DNA from: a bacterium
Lineage (GTDB): Bacteria > Babelota > Babeliae > Babelales > RVW-14
Length of the DNA: 46,920 nt
Assembly (NCBI GenBank): GCA_043822925.1
Contig: JBDRBF010000020.1
Span: 1-46,920 of the forward strand
Reading direction: 5' to 3'
Shown here: positions 46,792 through 46,920 of the stretch, in pieces
Position numbering within the stretch: position 1 is the stretch's first letter
How the letters are laid out: the number at the start of each line of letters is the position of its first letter
Position numbers and translations under genes: made by a program
Notes under the pieces: generated by a model
Told to the model about the DNA's origin: nothing
Seen by the model: only the letters and a program-made list of their open reading frames with translations
The model's database searches: none

Positions 46792-46920
46792 ATGGGAGCT
46801 ACTGCTCAACGTTGCTTTGATGAGTGTACGTTTGTTATTCTTGGAGCAACTGGGGATTTGACCAAGCGTAAGCTTATTCCGGCTATTTATAAACTTATAG
46901 CAGAACAAAAATTATGTAAA
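46792..46920 (+). CDS. zwf: Glucose-6-phosphate dehydrogenase, 5' part (truncated by window end)
   Basis: [22 protein letters not shown]. Confidence 0.9.
   Translation, partial: MGATAQRCFDECTFVILGATGDLTKRKLIPAIYKLIAEQKLCK

Overview
AT-rich bacterial chromosomal segment. Gene style suggests a host-dependent lineage, most likely Candidatus Dependentiae/Babelota (TM6); this is inference, not a marker-gene result. Housekeeping genes: smpB, birA, sppA, prmC, ftsY, dsbD-like, glyA, pgeF, sufB/sufD, mnmG, pilC, DUF167, tRNA-Arg and two tRNA-Ser, rluB-like, a partial atp operon (E-F'-F-H-A), deoxynucleoside kinase, recD2 and the start of zwf. These are interleaved with many signal-peptide-bearing hypothetical proteins. 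Main observations: (1) Four families of 23-33 bp palindromic REP-like elements (A-D) occur between genes and in frame inside genes. Family B sits three times inside A or C copies, each time parseable as an insertion at CYTG^A without target duplication, and twice as a frame-preserving 33 bp unit inside a CDS. (2) A candidate ~150 nt sRNA has a near-consensus promoter and a terminator. (3) Three paralogous predicted beta-barrel genes are each followed by a secreted helical protein. (4) Eukaryote-like secreted proteins are present: a tectonin propeller on an AAADK stalk with a histone-like tail, and a cPLA2-type phospholipase. (5) The ATP synthase c subunit carries the Na+-binding signature. No CRISPR array, transposase or prophage was seen.
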